Assembly: GCA_039630545.1 (NCBI GenBank)
Contig: JBCNUU010000007.1
Location: forward strand, 34,590 to 98,589
DNA: 64,000 bases
Direction of reading: 5' to 3'
From: Endomicrobiia bacterium
GTDB lineage: Bacteria; Elusimicrobiota; Endomicrobiia; DTEH01
Shown here piece after piece: positions 9,152-18,322 of the stretch. Under the pieces are notes generated by a model. That model saw nothing but the letters and a program-made list of their open reading frames with translations. It made no database searches and had not been told where the DNA came from. Made by a program: the position numbers and the translations under genes. Numbering within the stretch: position 1 is the stretch's first letter; every line of letters begins with the position of its first letter.

Positions 9152-9616
9152 GTGATTATTTTTTATTCCTCTTCCTGTAAAGATACTCATAAAGTAGCTT
9201 TTTACTTGTTAAATAGATATTTAAAAAAAACAAATCTTTTAGTTTTTTTATTGATTGGTGAATTAGGTAGTGGTAAAACAGAATTTGTAAAAGGAATTGG
9301 TAAATTTTTAGGCTTTAGTCCTCACCAGATAAAAAGTCCTTCATTCATTATTACCGAGGAGTTAAAAAATAAAAATTTTAAGCTCATTCATATAGATTTT
9401 TATCGTGTTGAAGATATTTTTGTAGATAGAATAATTTTTGATCTAATAAATGAGACGAATTTTAAAAGAAAAACAATTATTTGTATAGAATGGGCAAATA
9501 AACTTAAAAATAAAACTATAAACTTGCTTAAAAAGTTGAAAAAAACAAAGATATTAAAAATTAATTTTAAGATATTAAGAACCACACGAAAACTGGTAGT
9601 AAAGAATTTAAACTGA
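9152..9616 (+). CDS. tsaE: tRNA threonylcarbamoyladenosine biosynthesis ATPase TsaE
   Basis: GELGSGKT, SPSF, HIDFYR, IEWA. Confidence 0.92.
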   Translation: MIIFYSSSCKDTHKVAFYLLNRYLKKTNLLVFLLIGELGSGKTEFVKGIGKFLGFSPHQIKSPSFIITEELKNKNFKLIHIDFYRVEDIFVDRIIFDLINETNFKRKTIICIEWANKLKNKTINLLKKLKKTKILKINFKILRTTRKLVVKNLN

Positions 9617-9620
9617 TATT

Positions 9621-10271
9621 ATGAAAAAAATTATATTAACTGTAGATACTTCTTCTTGGTGGCTTTCGATGAGTATCTATAAAGAAAAAAAAATTTATAC
9701 CAAAACAGCAGAAGTTGAAGATCACTCTGATGCATTAATCAAGTTTTTAGATGAACTTTTAAAAAAATCAAAAACAACTTTAAAAGATTTAACACATATT
9801 GGAGTAAATATAGGTCCTGGCAGTTTTACAGGGTTGAGAGTTGGTTTAAGTTTTGTTAAGACAATTGCTTTAAATTTTAAATTAGACATTATATGTATAA
9901 ACTCATTTGACGGTCTCTTATATGGATTTATTAAAAATTATTCTTGGTATAGTGACAAAATATTGGTGCTTTTTCCGTCTGTGAAAGATGAATTTTATTT
10001 TTGTGAATACAGGTTTTTAAATGAAAGTAAATTTAAAGCAAAAAATATAAAATATGCTAAACTTGAAGATATCAAAAAAAATTTTCTAGCACATAAGTTT
10101 ATTGTTCCTGAAAATTCAAAAAATATTATAAATAATGAAAAAAATTTTTATTTTGTAAAATTTAATTCTGAAACAATTATAAATATATTTCTTGAAGAGA
10201 AAAAATATTTGTATAAATTAACCTCACCGAAAAAACTTTTTCCAATGTATGTAAGGCATACTTATTACTAA
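9621..10271 (+). CDS. tsaB: tRNA threonylcarbamoyladenosine biosynthesis protein TsaB
   Basis: LTVDTS, HS, GPGSFTGLRVG, terminal PMYVR. Confidence 0.92.
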   Translation: MKKIILTVDTSSWWLSMSIYKEKKIYTKTAEVEDHSDALIKFLDELLKKSKTTLKDLTHIGVNIGPGSFTGLRVGLSFVKTIALNFKLDIICINSFDGLLYGFIKNYSWYSDKILVLFPSVKDEFYFCEYRFLNESKFKAKNIKYAKLEDIKKNFLAHKFIVPENSKNIINNEKNFYFVKFNSETIINIFLEEKKYLYKLTSPKKLFPMYVRHTYY

Positions 10272-10296
10272 CTATATAAAAAATTTTTAACAACAG

Positions 10297-10358
10297 TTGA
10301 CAAAAAATGGTAAAATTTGATAAAATATAACAAGTAATAACTTTAAATGATAAAATAT
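10297..10358 (+). promoter_or_regulatory. Putative promoter with helically phased direct repeats upstream of the HTH gene
   Basis: TTGACA 10297-10302, TGn-TAAAAT 10318-10326; TG(G/A)TAAAAT copies at 10308, 10318 and 10348. Confidence 0.5.
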
Positions 10359-10361
10359 GAT

Positions 10362-10631
10362 ATGAAGAAAAAAAATATCCAACAAAATAACTCTATTCAG
10401 TATTCTGCAAAAGAGGTAATGGATGTAAAAGAACTTTCAAAGTATTTAGGTATAGGTAAATCTAAAATTTATCAACTAATAAGAGAAAAAAAAATTCCTG
10501 CTTCAAAAATAGGTCGTCAGTATAGATTTTCAAAATCAGTAATTGATAGCTGGCTTAAAGAAAATTTAATTACAAGAGAAGAACTTCAATATTCTTTAGA
10601 CAAATTATTTAAAATTAAGAGTGAAAAATAA
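10362..10631 (+). CDS. Excisionase/BldC-like helix-turn-helix DNA-binding protein
   Basis: MDVKELSKYLGIGKSKIYQLIREKKIPASKIGRQYRF...IDSWL; start 10347 or 10362. Confidence 0.88.
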   Translation: MKKKNIQQNNSIQYSAKEVMDVKELSKYLGIGKSKIYQLIREKKIPASKIGRQYRFSKSVIDSWLKENLITREELQYSLDKLFKIKSEK

Positions 10632-11739
10632 TATTGATTTTTTTGTTAAAAATTTTTTTTCTTCAAGTAATTGGTATTTTTACTTTAAAAACAGAATTAC
10701 CAGTATAAATAAACTTGAACGTTTTTTAGATTTAACATTAGAAGAAAAAAGGGGGTTAATTCATACTAAATTTCCATTTGCTATTACTGAGTACCTATTA
10801 GGTTTAATGGATAATAACTCACCTAACTGTCCGATAAGAAAACAATTCATCCCCATTATTGATGAAATCAGAACTACTCCTGAGGAATTAAGCTTCTGTA
10901 GCATGAATAAAGATAATCTTCAAAATGATAATTCTAAAGAAATTAAACCTTTTGGTTTAATACATAAATATTCTGATAGAGCAATTTTGTTTCTTACTGA
11001 TCTGTGTGCTTCTTATTGTAGATTTTGTTCTAAAAAACACTATGTTGGAAAAAACAATTGGATTATGACAAATGGAGAATTTGGTTTTATTAAAAAGTAT
11101 CTTGAAGACCATTCTGAGATTAAACAAGTGATTCTATCTGGAGGTGATCCTTTAATTTTATCCGATGAGAAAATAAATTTCTTTTTGTCTCACTTAAGAA
11201 AAATACCACATATTTCAATTATCCGGATAGAAACGAGAGTTCCGATAGTTCTTCCTCACAGAGTAACTCATAAGCTATGTGAGATTTTTAAAAAATACAA
11301 ACCGATTTATATGTGTATTTTATTCAATCATCCTAAAGAAATAAACGAATGGACGAAATATGTTTGTGAAATGCTGGCAGATAATGGAGTAGTTCTTTTA
11401 TCTAATACAGTTTTACTTAAAGGCATAAATGACAAAGTCCAAATTTTATCAGAGTTATTTTATGAGCTACTAAAAATAAGAGTACGTCCTTATAGTTTAT
11501 TTCAGTGTGATATAGTTGAGGGTAATTCTCATTTTAGGGTGTCCTTTTCAACTGTGATGAAGATATTAAAACAATTGAAATCTTTGGTTTCTGGTTTAGC
11601 AGTACCTGATTTTATTATAAATGTCCCCAATCATGGAAAAATCTATATTTCACCTCAATGTTTTATATCTAAAACAAAAGATTCTGTTATACTTAAGGAT
11701 TTAGAAGAAAAAATAGTCGTATATCCGGAAACTAAATAA
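10621..11739 (+). CDS. KamA-family radical SAM protein (lysine 2,3-aminomutase-like, divergent)
   Basis: CPIRKQFIP, GLIHKYSDR, CASYCRFC, SGGDPL, FNHPKE, VLLKGIND, QCD. Confidence 0.9.
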   Translation: MKNNIDFFVKNFFSSSNWYFYFKNRITSINKLERFLDLTLEEKRGLIHTKFPFAITEYLLGLMDNNSPNCPIRKQFIPIIDEIRTTPEELSFCSMNKDNLQNDNSKEIKPFGLIHKYSDRAILFLTDLCASYCRFCSKKHYVGKNNWIMTNGEFGFIKKYLEDHSEIKQVILSGGDPLILSDEKINFFLSHLRKIPHISIIRIETRVPIVLPHRVTHKLCEIFKKYKPIYMCILFNHPKEINEWTKYVCEMLADNGVVLLSNTVLLKGINDKVQILSELFYELLKIRVRPYSLFQCDIVEGNSHFRVSFSTVMKILKQLKSLVSGLAVPDFIINVPNHGKIYISPQCFISKTKDSVILKDLEEKIVVYPETK

Positions 11740-11779
11740 ATTTTAATTTTAAACTTTAAAAAAAGGAGGTTATAAATAA

Positions 11780-12019
11780 ATGGCAGAAAAAGTGGCAAAA
11801 GTAGGAGTAAAAAAGGAAGATGGGTATCTATACTTTGTGGATAAAGACGGTGATATTTCAAGAGTAAAAATGGCTCGTGGGGGCAAAAAGGGTGGAAAAC
11901 CTCAAAAAGTAGCCAAAGTAGGTGTGAAAAAAGAAGAAGGATATCTTTACTTTGTTGATAAAAATGGGGACATATCAAGAGCAAAAATGGTAAGAAAAGG
12001 CAAAAAAGGGAAAAAATAG
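11780..12019 (+). CDS. Small very basic protein made of two 39-aa repeats
   Basis: AGGAGG RBS; KVAKVGVKKE(D/E)GYLYFVDK(D/N)GDISR(V/A)KM twice; differences between copies largely synonymous. Confidence 0.85.
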   Translation: MAEKVAKVGVKKEDGYLYFVDKDGDISRVKMARGGKKGGKPQKVAKVGVKKEEGYLYFVDKNGDISRAKMVRKGKKGKK

Positions 12020-12111
12020 ATTTATTATCTTGCTATAAAATATAACTGAGTGTGGAGAAGGTAAGGTAAAGTTATTATTGATTAGTGTAAGTATAATAAT
12101 CATAAAAAAAT

Positions 12112-12184
12112 TGGAGCCGACCGGACTTGAACCGGCAACCTTCTCCACGCCAAGGAGACGCTCTCCCAATTGAGCTACGGCCCC
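12112..12184 (-). tRNA. tRNA-Ala (GGC)
   Basis: Cloverleaf GGGGCCG...CGGCTCCA, G3:U70 pair, anticodon arm TCTCC-TTGGCGT-GGAGA; CCA not encoded. Confidence 0.95.
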
Positions 12185-12291
12185 TCTTTTTAGAATTATA
12201 TTAAAATGTTTTTTTTAAAAATTCAATAATCTATAAAAAATTTTCCTTTAAGAGTTGAAAGTGTGAATTAAAATATGATAAAAAATAATAT

Positions 12292-13860
12292 ATGAATCCT
12301 GAAAGAACTTTGCTCTTTTTATTTTGTGTTCTTTTCTTTTCAAATGTTTTATTCCATTTTGTTAAAAGTCTTCCCTTGTATATATTTCTAAATATTGTGT
12401 TTTTGGTCGGGGTTTTTTTTATATACAAATTTTCTAGAAGTTTTGAGTTCTACAAAAAAATCTATTCGGTAATTATTAGATTGCTTAACTATAGAGATAT
12501 GAAATCTCTTTTTGAATTTTCTGTTCATCAAATTTCTGAGTTGTTAGATGCTGAAAGAACTACTATATTTCTATTAAATAAAACTACTAATTCTCTATGG
12601 ACTCTTGTTGCAGAAGAGCTTGAATTAAAAGAGTTCTCTTTACCTGTGGGTGTAGGAATTGCAGGGTATGTAGCTTCTACGGGAGAAATAGTGAATATTA
12701 AGGAAGATGCCTACAATGATAAAAGATTTTCTCCAATAGTAGATCAGAAAACAGGTTTTAGAACGAAAACAATTCTTTGCGCACCAATTAAAGATAGGGA
12801 AGGTAACATTATAGGGGTTATAGAAGTACTAAACAAAAAAAACAAAAGAGGTTTTTCTAAAAACGACGAAGAAATTCTTAAAGTTTTTTGTGGAGAAATA
12901 GCAAATATTATCGTTAATATTCGACTTTATGAAGAGGTTCAGGTTTTGTTTGAAAGTTTATTAAGAAGTTTTGCTGCTGCTGTAGATGCCAAAGACCCGG
13001 TTACCAGAGGACATTCTATGAGAGTAAAAAAGTATGCTGTAAACATTGGAAAAGCACTTGGATTGTCTCCGTTAGAGATAAAAATTTTAGAGTATGCAAG
13101 TATGCTTCATGACATAGGAAAAATAGGAATTCCTGATAGTATTTTACTTAAACCAGATAAGTTTACACCCCAGGAATACGAAATAATGAAAACACATGTT
13201 GAAATTGCAAGGGATATTCTTTCTAAACTTCATCTTCCAGAAGAATACCAGGATGTTATATTTGTAGCTACTACACACCATGAATTTCTTAATGGAAGTG
13301 GTTATCCTAATGGACTAAAAGGAGAGCAGATTCCTTTGCTTTCAAGAATTTTATGTGTTGCAGATATTTATGATGCTTTAGTAAGCTACGACAGGCCTTA
13401 TAAGCCTGCTCGTTCAGTTGAAGAAGCAATAAATATTCTTTATGAAATGGCATCCGAAGGTAAAATAGACAAAAAAATAGTAGATATTTTTGTAACAAAA
13501 AAATTATACCATACCGAGCAAAGAAAATTTGTCAGGATCAATAAAGAAGTTTCATTTTGGTGGAGAAAACTTACAGCAGAAGATTTAAAATCAGTTTTAC
13601 CCATAATTTCAAAAACACAGAATATCTCATTAGATGGTCTTAGCTTCTTCTGTGAAGAAGAAATAAAAGAAGGAAGTTTTTTGGAAATAGAGTTAAATTT
13701 GCCTGAATATACCATTGAGGTATTAGCAAAGGTTGTGTATTGTTTAAAAGAAAAAGAAAATTACAAAATAGGTATAACTTTTATTAACTTACCAAAAGAA
13801 GCTAAACAAAAACTTAAGAAGTTTTTAGAAGAACCTGTTGATGAAATTTCACAAAATTAA
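12292..13860 (+). CDS. Membrane-anchored GAF + HD-GYP + PilZ protein (putative c-di-GMP phosphodiesterase)
   Basis: Two N-terminal TMs; GAF (GIAGYVA...DKRF...VLNKK); LHDIGKIG, HHEFLNGSGYP; C-terminal QRKFVR and NISLDG PilZ motifs. Confidence 0.9.
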   Translation: MNPERTLLFLFCVLFFSNVLFHFVKSLPLYIFLNIVFLVGVFFIYKFSRSFEFYKKIYSVIIRLLNYRDMKSLFEFSVHQISELLDAERTTIFLLNKTTNSLWTLVAEELELKEFSLPVGVGIAGYVASTGEIVNIKEDAYNDKRFSPIVDQKTGFRTKTILCAPIKDREGNIIGVIEVLNKKNKRGFSKNDEEILKVFCGEIANIIVNIRLYEEVQVLFESLLRSFAAAVDAKDPVTRGHSMRVKKYAVNIGKALGLSPLEIKILEYASMLHDIGKIGIPDSILLKPDKFTPQEYEIMKTHVEIARDILSKLHLPEEYQDVIFVATTHHEFLNGSGYPNGLKGEQIPLLSRILCVADIYDALVSYDRPYKPARSVEEAINILYEMASEGKIDKKIVDIFVTKKLYHTEQRKFVRINKEVSFWWRKLTAEDLKSVLPIISKTQNISLDGLSFFCEEEIKEGSFLEIELNLPEYTIEVLAKVVYCLKEKENYKIGITFINLPKEAKQKLKKFLEEPVDEISQN

Positions 13861-13874
13861 AAATCTTTTCTTTT

Positions 13875-14810
13875 ATGACTAAATGTTTATTGCTTTTTTC
13901 CGGTGGACTCGACAGTACAGTGGCGTTTTACATTCTAAAAGAGCAAGGTTGTGAGGTTATTCCTTTCAAGATAACAACTCCATTTTTATCCTCTAACCAC
14001 TTAAAAAATGTTCCTTTTGAAATTACACAAAAAATAGTCTACTACGAAGCAAAACAGGATTATATAGAGTTGGTTTTGCATCCGGAGTATGGATATGGAA
14101 GAGGTCTTAATCCCTGTATTGACTGCAAGATATATATGCTTAAAAAAGCAAAGGAATATTTGCAGCAAAATTCATTAGATATTATTGCCACAGGAGAAGT
14201 TGTGGGTCAACGTCCTTTTAGTCAACAAAAATATCAATTAAAACTTATAGAAAAAAAAACAAATTTGGAAGACAAAATACTAAGACCTTTATGTGCTAAA
14301 CTTTTACCACCAACAATATATGAAAAAAATGGAATTATTGATAGAGAAAAACTTCTTTCTATTTCAGGAAGATCAAGAAAAATTCAAATAGAATTAGCTA
14401 AGAAATATGGAATACATAACCCTTTTTCTGCAGGTGGTTGTCTTCTGACAGATAAAAATTTTGTAGATAGATTTAAAACTTTACTTGAAAAGTTTAAAAA
14501 TTGGGACATTCAGGATATAGAGCTTCTTAAAATAGGAAGGCACTTTTATTATAAAGACACAAAAGTAATTCTTGGAAGAGACAAAAATGAAAACGAAACC
14601 TTGATATCTTATTCAAAAAATAAAGAGAAGTTTTTTATCATAGAACCTCCTTTTATAGGACCCGTTGCACTTTGTTATGTTTCAAGAAGTATAGATAAAA
14701 AAGAAATATATGAGTATGCTATACAGCTAATTAAAAATTACTCTAAAAAAAATCAATCAAGTATTAATGAATCGAGTTCAAATAATGGTCCATCTTTGCA
14801 TACTGTTTGA
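13875..14810 (+). CDS. PP-loop tRNA thiouridylase-like protein (ThiI/MnmA-like)
   Basis: SGGLDS, NPCIDCK, TGEVVGQRP, GGCLLT. Confidence 0.8.
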   Translation: MTKCLLLFSGGLDSTVAFYILKEQGCEVIPFKITTPFLSSNHLKNVPFEITQKIVYYEAKQDYIELVLHPEYGYGRGLNPCIDCKIYMLKKAKEYLQQNSLDIIATGEVVGQRPFSQQKYQLKLIEKKTNLEDKILRPLCAKLLPPTIYEKNGIIDREKLLSISGRSRKIQIELAKKYGIHNPFSAGGCLLTDKNFVDRFKTLLEKFKNWDIQDIELLKIGRHFYYKDTKVILGRDKNENETLISYSKNKEKFFIIEPPFIGPVALCYVSRSIDKKEIYEYAIQLIKNYSKKNQSSINESSSNNGPSLHTV

Positions 14811-15526
14811 TATTTAAATTCTGTAGAATCATATTTTACCTTTACCACACAACTTCTACATACACCAACACCACAACACATGTATTCTTCTAATAAAACG
14901 AAACATTTAATATCGGGATTTTTTAAAAAAATTTGTGATAGTTTTATCATTTCTTTAGGACCACATATAAAAATAAAATCTGGCTTAATTTCAGATAGTT
15001 TGCTTTTAGCAAGATCTAACACTGTTCCTTTAAATCCGTAAGTTCCATTGTCAGTACAATAATTTAAATTTCTTATTTTAAATTTTTTTAAATTTATAAT
15101 ATAGCTTCTATCTTTTTCTCCATAAAAAGTAAAAACATCTTCTGTAAAATTAGTAAGATATTTGTAAAAAAAAATTAAACAAGCGATTCCACTTCCTCCA
15201 CCTATTAGAAATATTTTATTGTTTTTTTGTATTTTAAGGTTTCTAATTTTTTTAAAATTACCAAAAGGTCCTATATAACTTAAAAAACTTTTTGGTTTCA
15301 AAGTAGAAAGCCATTTTGTTCCGTCAGAGATGACTCTGTAGATTATAGTTATTTTGTTATTTTCAAAATTTGCTATACTGAATGGTTTAAGTAGAAATTT
15401 ATTAGGAAAAGTATCAATCATTATAAATTGAGAAGGAAAAACTTTTCTTGAATATTTTAACTCTAAAAGATAGGTGTCTTTAGAAATTTTTTCATTCTTT
15501 AATATCTCAGATTTTTTTATTCTCAT
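14753..15526 (-). CDS. pyrK: Dihydroorotate dehydrogenase electron-transfer subunit
   Basis: KPFSI, GPFGN, GGGSGIA, CGP, MCCGVGVCRSC...VCKDGP; start moved to MRIKK. Confidence 0.88.
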   Translation of the reverse strand: MRIKKSEILKNEKISKDTYLLELKYSRKVFPSQFIMIDTFPNKFLLKPFSIANFENNKITIIYRVISDGTKWLSTLKPKSFLSYIGPFGNFKKIRNLKIQKNNKIFLIGGGSGIACLIFFYKYLTNFTEDVFTFYGEKDRSYIINLKKFKIRNLNYCTDNGTYGFKGTVLDLAKSKLSEIKPDFIFICGPKEMIKLSQIFLKNPDIKCFVLLEEYMCCGVGVCRSCVVKVKYDSTEFKYQTVCKDGPLFELDSLILD

Positions 15527-16823
15527 AAAATGGATATTCTTTGGAACTGTCAAATACAACTTCTCCATTACATATAGTATATTTGATTTTACCTTTTAAT
15601 ATCCAGTTTTTAAATGGTGAATTTAAACTTTTTGAATAGAATTTTTCTATTTTGTTTTCTTCTTTTATAGAAAATATAGTAATATCTGCATCGTATCCTA
15701 CTTCAAGTTTACCTTTGTTTTTAAGACCAAAAATTTTTGCTGGATTATTTGTGATTTTTTCTAATATAGTTTTTAATGGAATTTTATGTTTATAATGTAA
15801 AAATGTAATACACAGAGGAAAAAGAGTCTCAAGTCCTATTATTCCAAAAGGTGCTAAGTCAAATTCTTTGCTTTTTTCTTCTTTTGTGTGGGGTGCATGG
15901 TCTGAAGCGATACAGTCTATGATCCCTTCTTTTATTGCTTCTATTAGAGCAATTCTGTCTTCCTCAGTTCTTAATGGTGGGTTTACTTTTAAGTTAGTAT
16001 CATATGGGTATTTAAGTAGCCAATCTTCTGTAAGAACTATATGATGAGGAGTTGTGTCGCATGTTATATTTTTATTTTTTTGTTTTGCTTGTTTTATAAA
16101 CTCAATTGAATTTTTTGAAGATATATGAGTTAAATGTAAAAGTCCACAAGATAAAGAAGCCAGTATTATATCTCTTATAACCATTATCTCCTCGGATTCC
16201 TTTGGTATTCCTCTTATCCCTAACAATGTAGAAACAACTCCTTCATTTATAACTCCACCTTTTGAGAGATTTTTATCCTCGCAGTGCTGAATAACAGGAA
16301 GAGAAAACATCTTTGAATACTCTAATGCTCTTCTTAATATTTTTGAGTTTTCTACAGGCTCTCCGTCATCTGAAATAGCTACAACTCCTGCTTTTTTAAG
16401 TTCACCTATTTCTGTAAGTTCTTCGCCTTTTCTTAATTTAGTAACACATCCTACAGGAAAAACATTTATAATACCTTCATTTTTGGCTTTAAGCATTACA
16501 AACTCTACAGCTGCCTGGTTATCGATTGGAGGATTTGTATTAGGCATGCAAAACACACTTGTAAAACCTCCGGCTGCAGCTGCTTTAGTTCCTGAGTTTA
16601 TTGTCTCTTCTTCTTCGTTCCCCGGTTCTCTTAGGTGGGTATGAATATCTATAAAACCAGCTGAAACAAAAAGATCCTTAGCGTTTATCATCTTTACTGG
16701 TTGTTTGATAGATATATTTTCAGCGATTTTTATAATTTTGCCATTTTCTACTAAGATGTCTAACTTTTTTTCTAAATTTCTTGAAGGTTCTATAACTGTA
16801 CCATTTTTTATAAGCAATTTCAT
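15507..16823 (-). CDS. pyrC: Dihydroorotase
   Basis: DIHTHLREPG, MPNT, KVNPPLR, SDHAPH. Confidence 0.96.
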   Translation of the reverse strand: MKLLIKNGTVIEPSRNLEKKLDILVENGKIIKIAENISIKQPVKMINAKDLFVSAGFIDIHTHLREPGNEEEETINSGTKAAAAGGFTSVFCMPNTNPPIDNQAAVEFVMLKAKNEGIINVFPVGCVTKLRKGEELTEIGELKKAGVVAISDDGEPVENSKILRRALEYSKMFSLPVIQHCEDKNLSKGGVINEGVVSTLLGIRGIPKESEEIMVIRDIILASLSCGLLHLTHISSKNSIEFIKQAKQKNKNITCDTTPHHIVLTEDWLLKYPYDTNLKVNPPLRTEEDRIALIEAIKEGIIDCIASDHAPHTKEEKSKEFDLAPFGIIGLETLFPLCITFLHYKHKIPLKTILEKITNNPAKIFGLKNKGKLEVGYDADITIFSIKEENKIEKFYSKSLNSPFKNWILKGKIKYTICNGEVVFDSSKEYPFYENKKI

Positions 16824-16835
16824 AGTTTTGTATTA

Positions 16836-17774
16836 TTAAGAGTTTAAAGAAAGTAAATATAAGACAGCCATTCTAACAGCTACTCCGTTTGTAACTTGCT
16901 GATTAATTACTGAGTTCAAACTGTCAGCTACATCGGTTGTTATCTCTATACCTCTATTCATAGGTCCTGGATGTAAAATTAAAACATCGTTTCTAGCTAT
17001 TTTTAATCTTTCTTTATTCATTCCATAAAGTAAACTATACTCTCTTACTGAAGGAAAAAGGTGTTCAAGTTGTCTTTCAAATTGAACTCTTAGTATATTT
17101 ATTACATCTGCATTTTTTATTGCTTTGTCTAAGTTGTATTCTATTTCTACTTCTGGGAAAATTTTATCTATTCCATAAGGAATAAGAGTAGGAGGTCCAC
17201 ACAAAACAACTTTTGCTCCTAATTTTGTAAGCCCCCATAAGTTTGACCTTGCTACTCTGCTGTGAAGGATATCTCCAAGAATTACAACCTTCAGATCTTT
17301 TATTCTGCCTTTTTTTTCTTTTATTGTAAAAATATCAAGTAATCCCTGAGTTGGATGTTCATGAAAGCCATCACCAGCGTTTATTATTGAAGAAGAAACA
17401 TTCTGGGAAAGGATATGAGGAGCACCTGCATGAGAATGTCTTATTACTATAAAATCAGCTTTCATTGCTTCTAATGTTTTTGCTGTATCTATTAATGATT
17501 CTCCTTTTTGTACACTTGAGGTTTGCACACTTATGTTTACTGTGTCAGCTGAAAGTCTTTTGGCTGCAAGTTCAAATGAAGTTCTGGTTCGTGTAGATGG
17601 TTCATAAAAAAGTAAAACTACACTTCTTCCTCTTAATGTTGGAACTTTTTTTATAGAACGTGTAAATAGATTTTTAAATGGTTTTGCGGTGTCAAGTATA
17701 ATTTCAATATCTTCCTTAGAGAGATATTGAAGCCCTAATAGATGTTTATGCTTAAATTTTTTCTCTTTTAACAT
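16836..17774 (-). CDS. pyrB: Aspartate carbamoyltransferase catalytic subunit
   Basis: [26 protein letters not shown]. Confidence 0.97.
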   Translation of the reverse strand: MLKEKKFKHKHLLGLQYLSKEDIEIILDTAKPFKNLFTRSIKKVPTLRGRSVVLLFYEPSTRTRTSFELAAKRLSADTVNISVQTSSVQKGESLIDTAKTLEAMKADFIVIRHSHAGAPHILSQNVSSSIINAGDGFHEHPTQGLLDIFTIKEKKGRIKDLKVVILGDILHSRVARSNLWGLTKLGAKVVLCGPPTLIPYGIDKIFPEVEIEYNLDKAIKNADVINILRVQFERQLEHLFPSVREYSLLYGMNKERLKIARNDVLILHPGPMNRGIEITTDVADSLNSVINQQVTNGVAVRMAVLYLLSLNS

Positions 17775-17778
17775 AAAT

Positions 17779-18312
17779 TCATTTTGAATAAATTATAACT
17801 TTGTCTTCTTGAGATGTTTCCTCTTGAAGTAAAAGTTCAATTTGTTGATTTGGTTTAGTTTTTACTTTCTTTCCAACAAATTCCGCATAAATAGGTAGCT
17901 CTCTATTTCCTCTATCAATTAATACTGCTACAGATAGGCTTTTTGGTCTTCCTATTTCTAATATTTGTTCTATTGCAGCACGGATTGTTCTTCCTGTATA
18001 TATAACATCATCAACCAGTAGAATCTCTTTGTTGTTTACATCAAAAGTTATGTTTGTTTCTTTTGGGTTTTTAATGTTAGTTTTGTATCCAATGTCATCC
18101 CTATAAAAAGTTATATCTAGATAACCAAACGGAATTTTTTTGTTAGTTAATTTTTCTATTTTATTTAATATCCTTTTTGCAATAAAGACGCCATTTGTAT
18201 GAATTCCAATAATACCAAATTTATTTAAGTTTTTTTTGTATTTTTTTAAAATCTTTTTGGTTAGATTTGAAATTATTTTATCTATATCTTTTTTCTTCAA
18301 TAAGATTTTCAT
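17779..18312 (-). CDS. pyrR: PyrR pyrimidine regulator / uracil phosphoribosyltransferase
   Basis: [33 protein letters not shown]. Confidence 0.93.
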   Translation of the reverse strand: MKILLKKKDIDKIISNLTKKILKKYKKNLNKFGIIGIHTNGVFIAKRILNKIEKLTNKKIPFGYLDITFYRDDIGYKTNIKNPKETNITFDVNNKEILLVDDVIYTGRTIRAAIEQILEIGRPKSLSVAVLIDRGNRELPIYAEFVGKKVKTKPNQQIELLLQEETSQEDKVIIYSK

Positions 18313-18322
18313 AAATTCCGCG

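Noticed and set aside
11975..12169. 64-aa minus-strand ORF
   Set aside because: Overlaps tRNA-Ala; translation of tRNA sequence
10347..12184. Integrative element suggested by an excisionase-like gene near a tRNA
   Set aside because: No integrase, no direct duplication of the tRNA 3' end, no phage or conjugation genes
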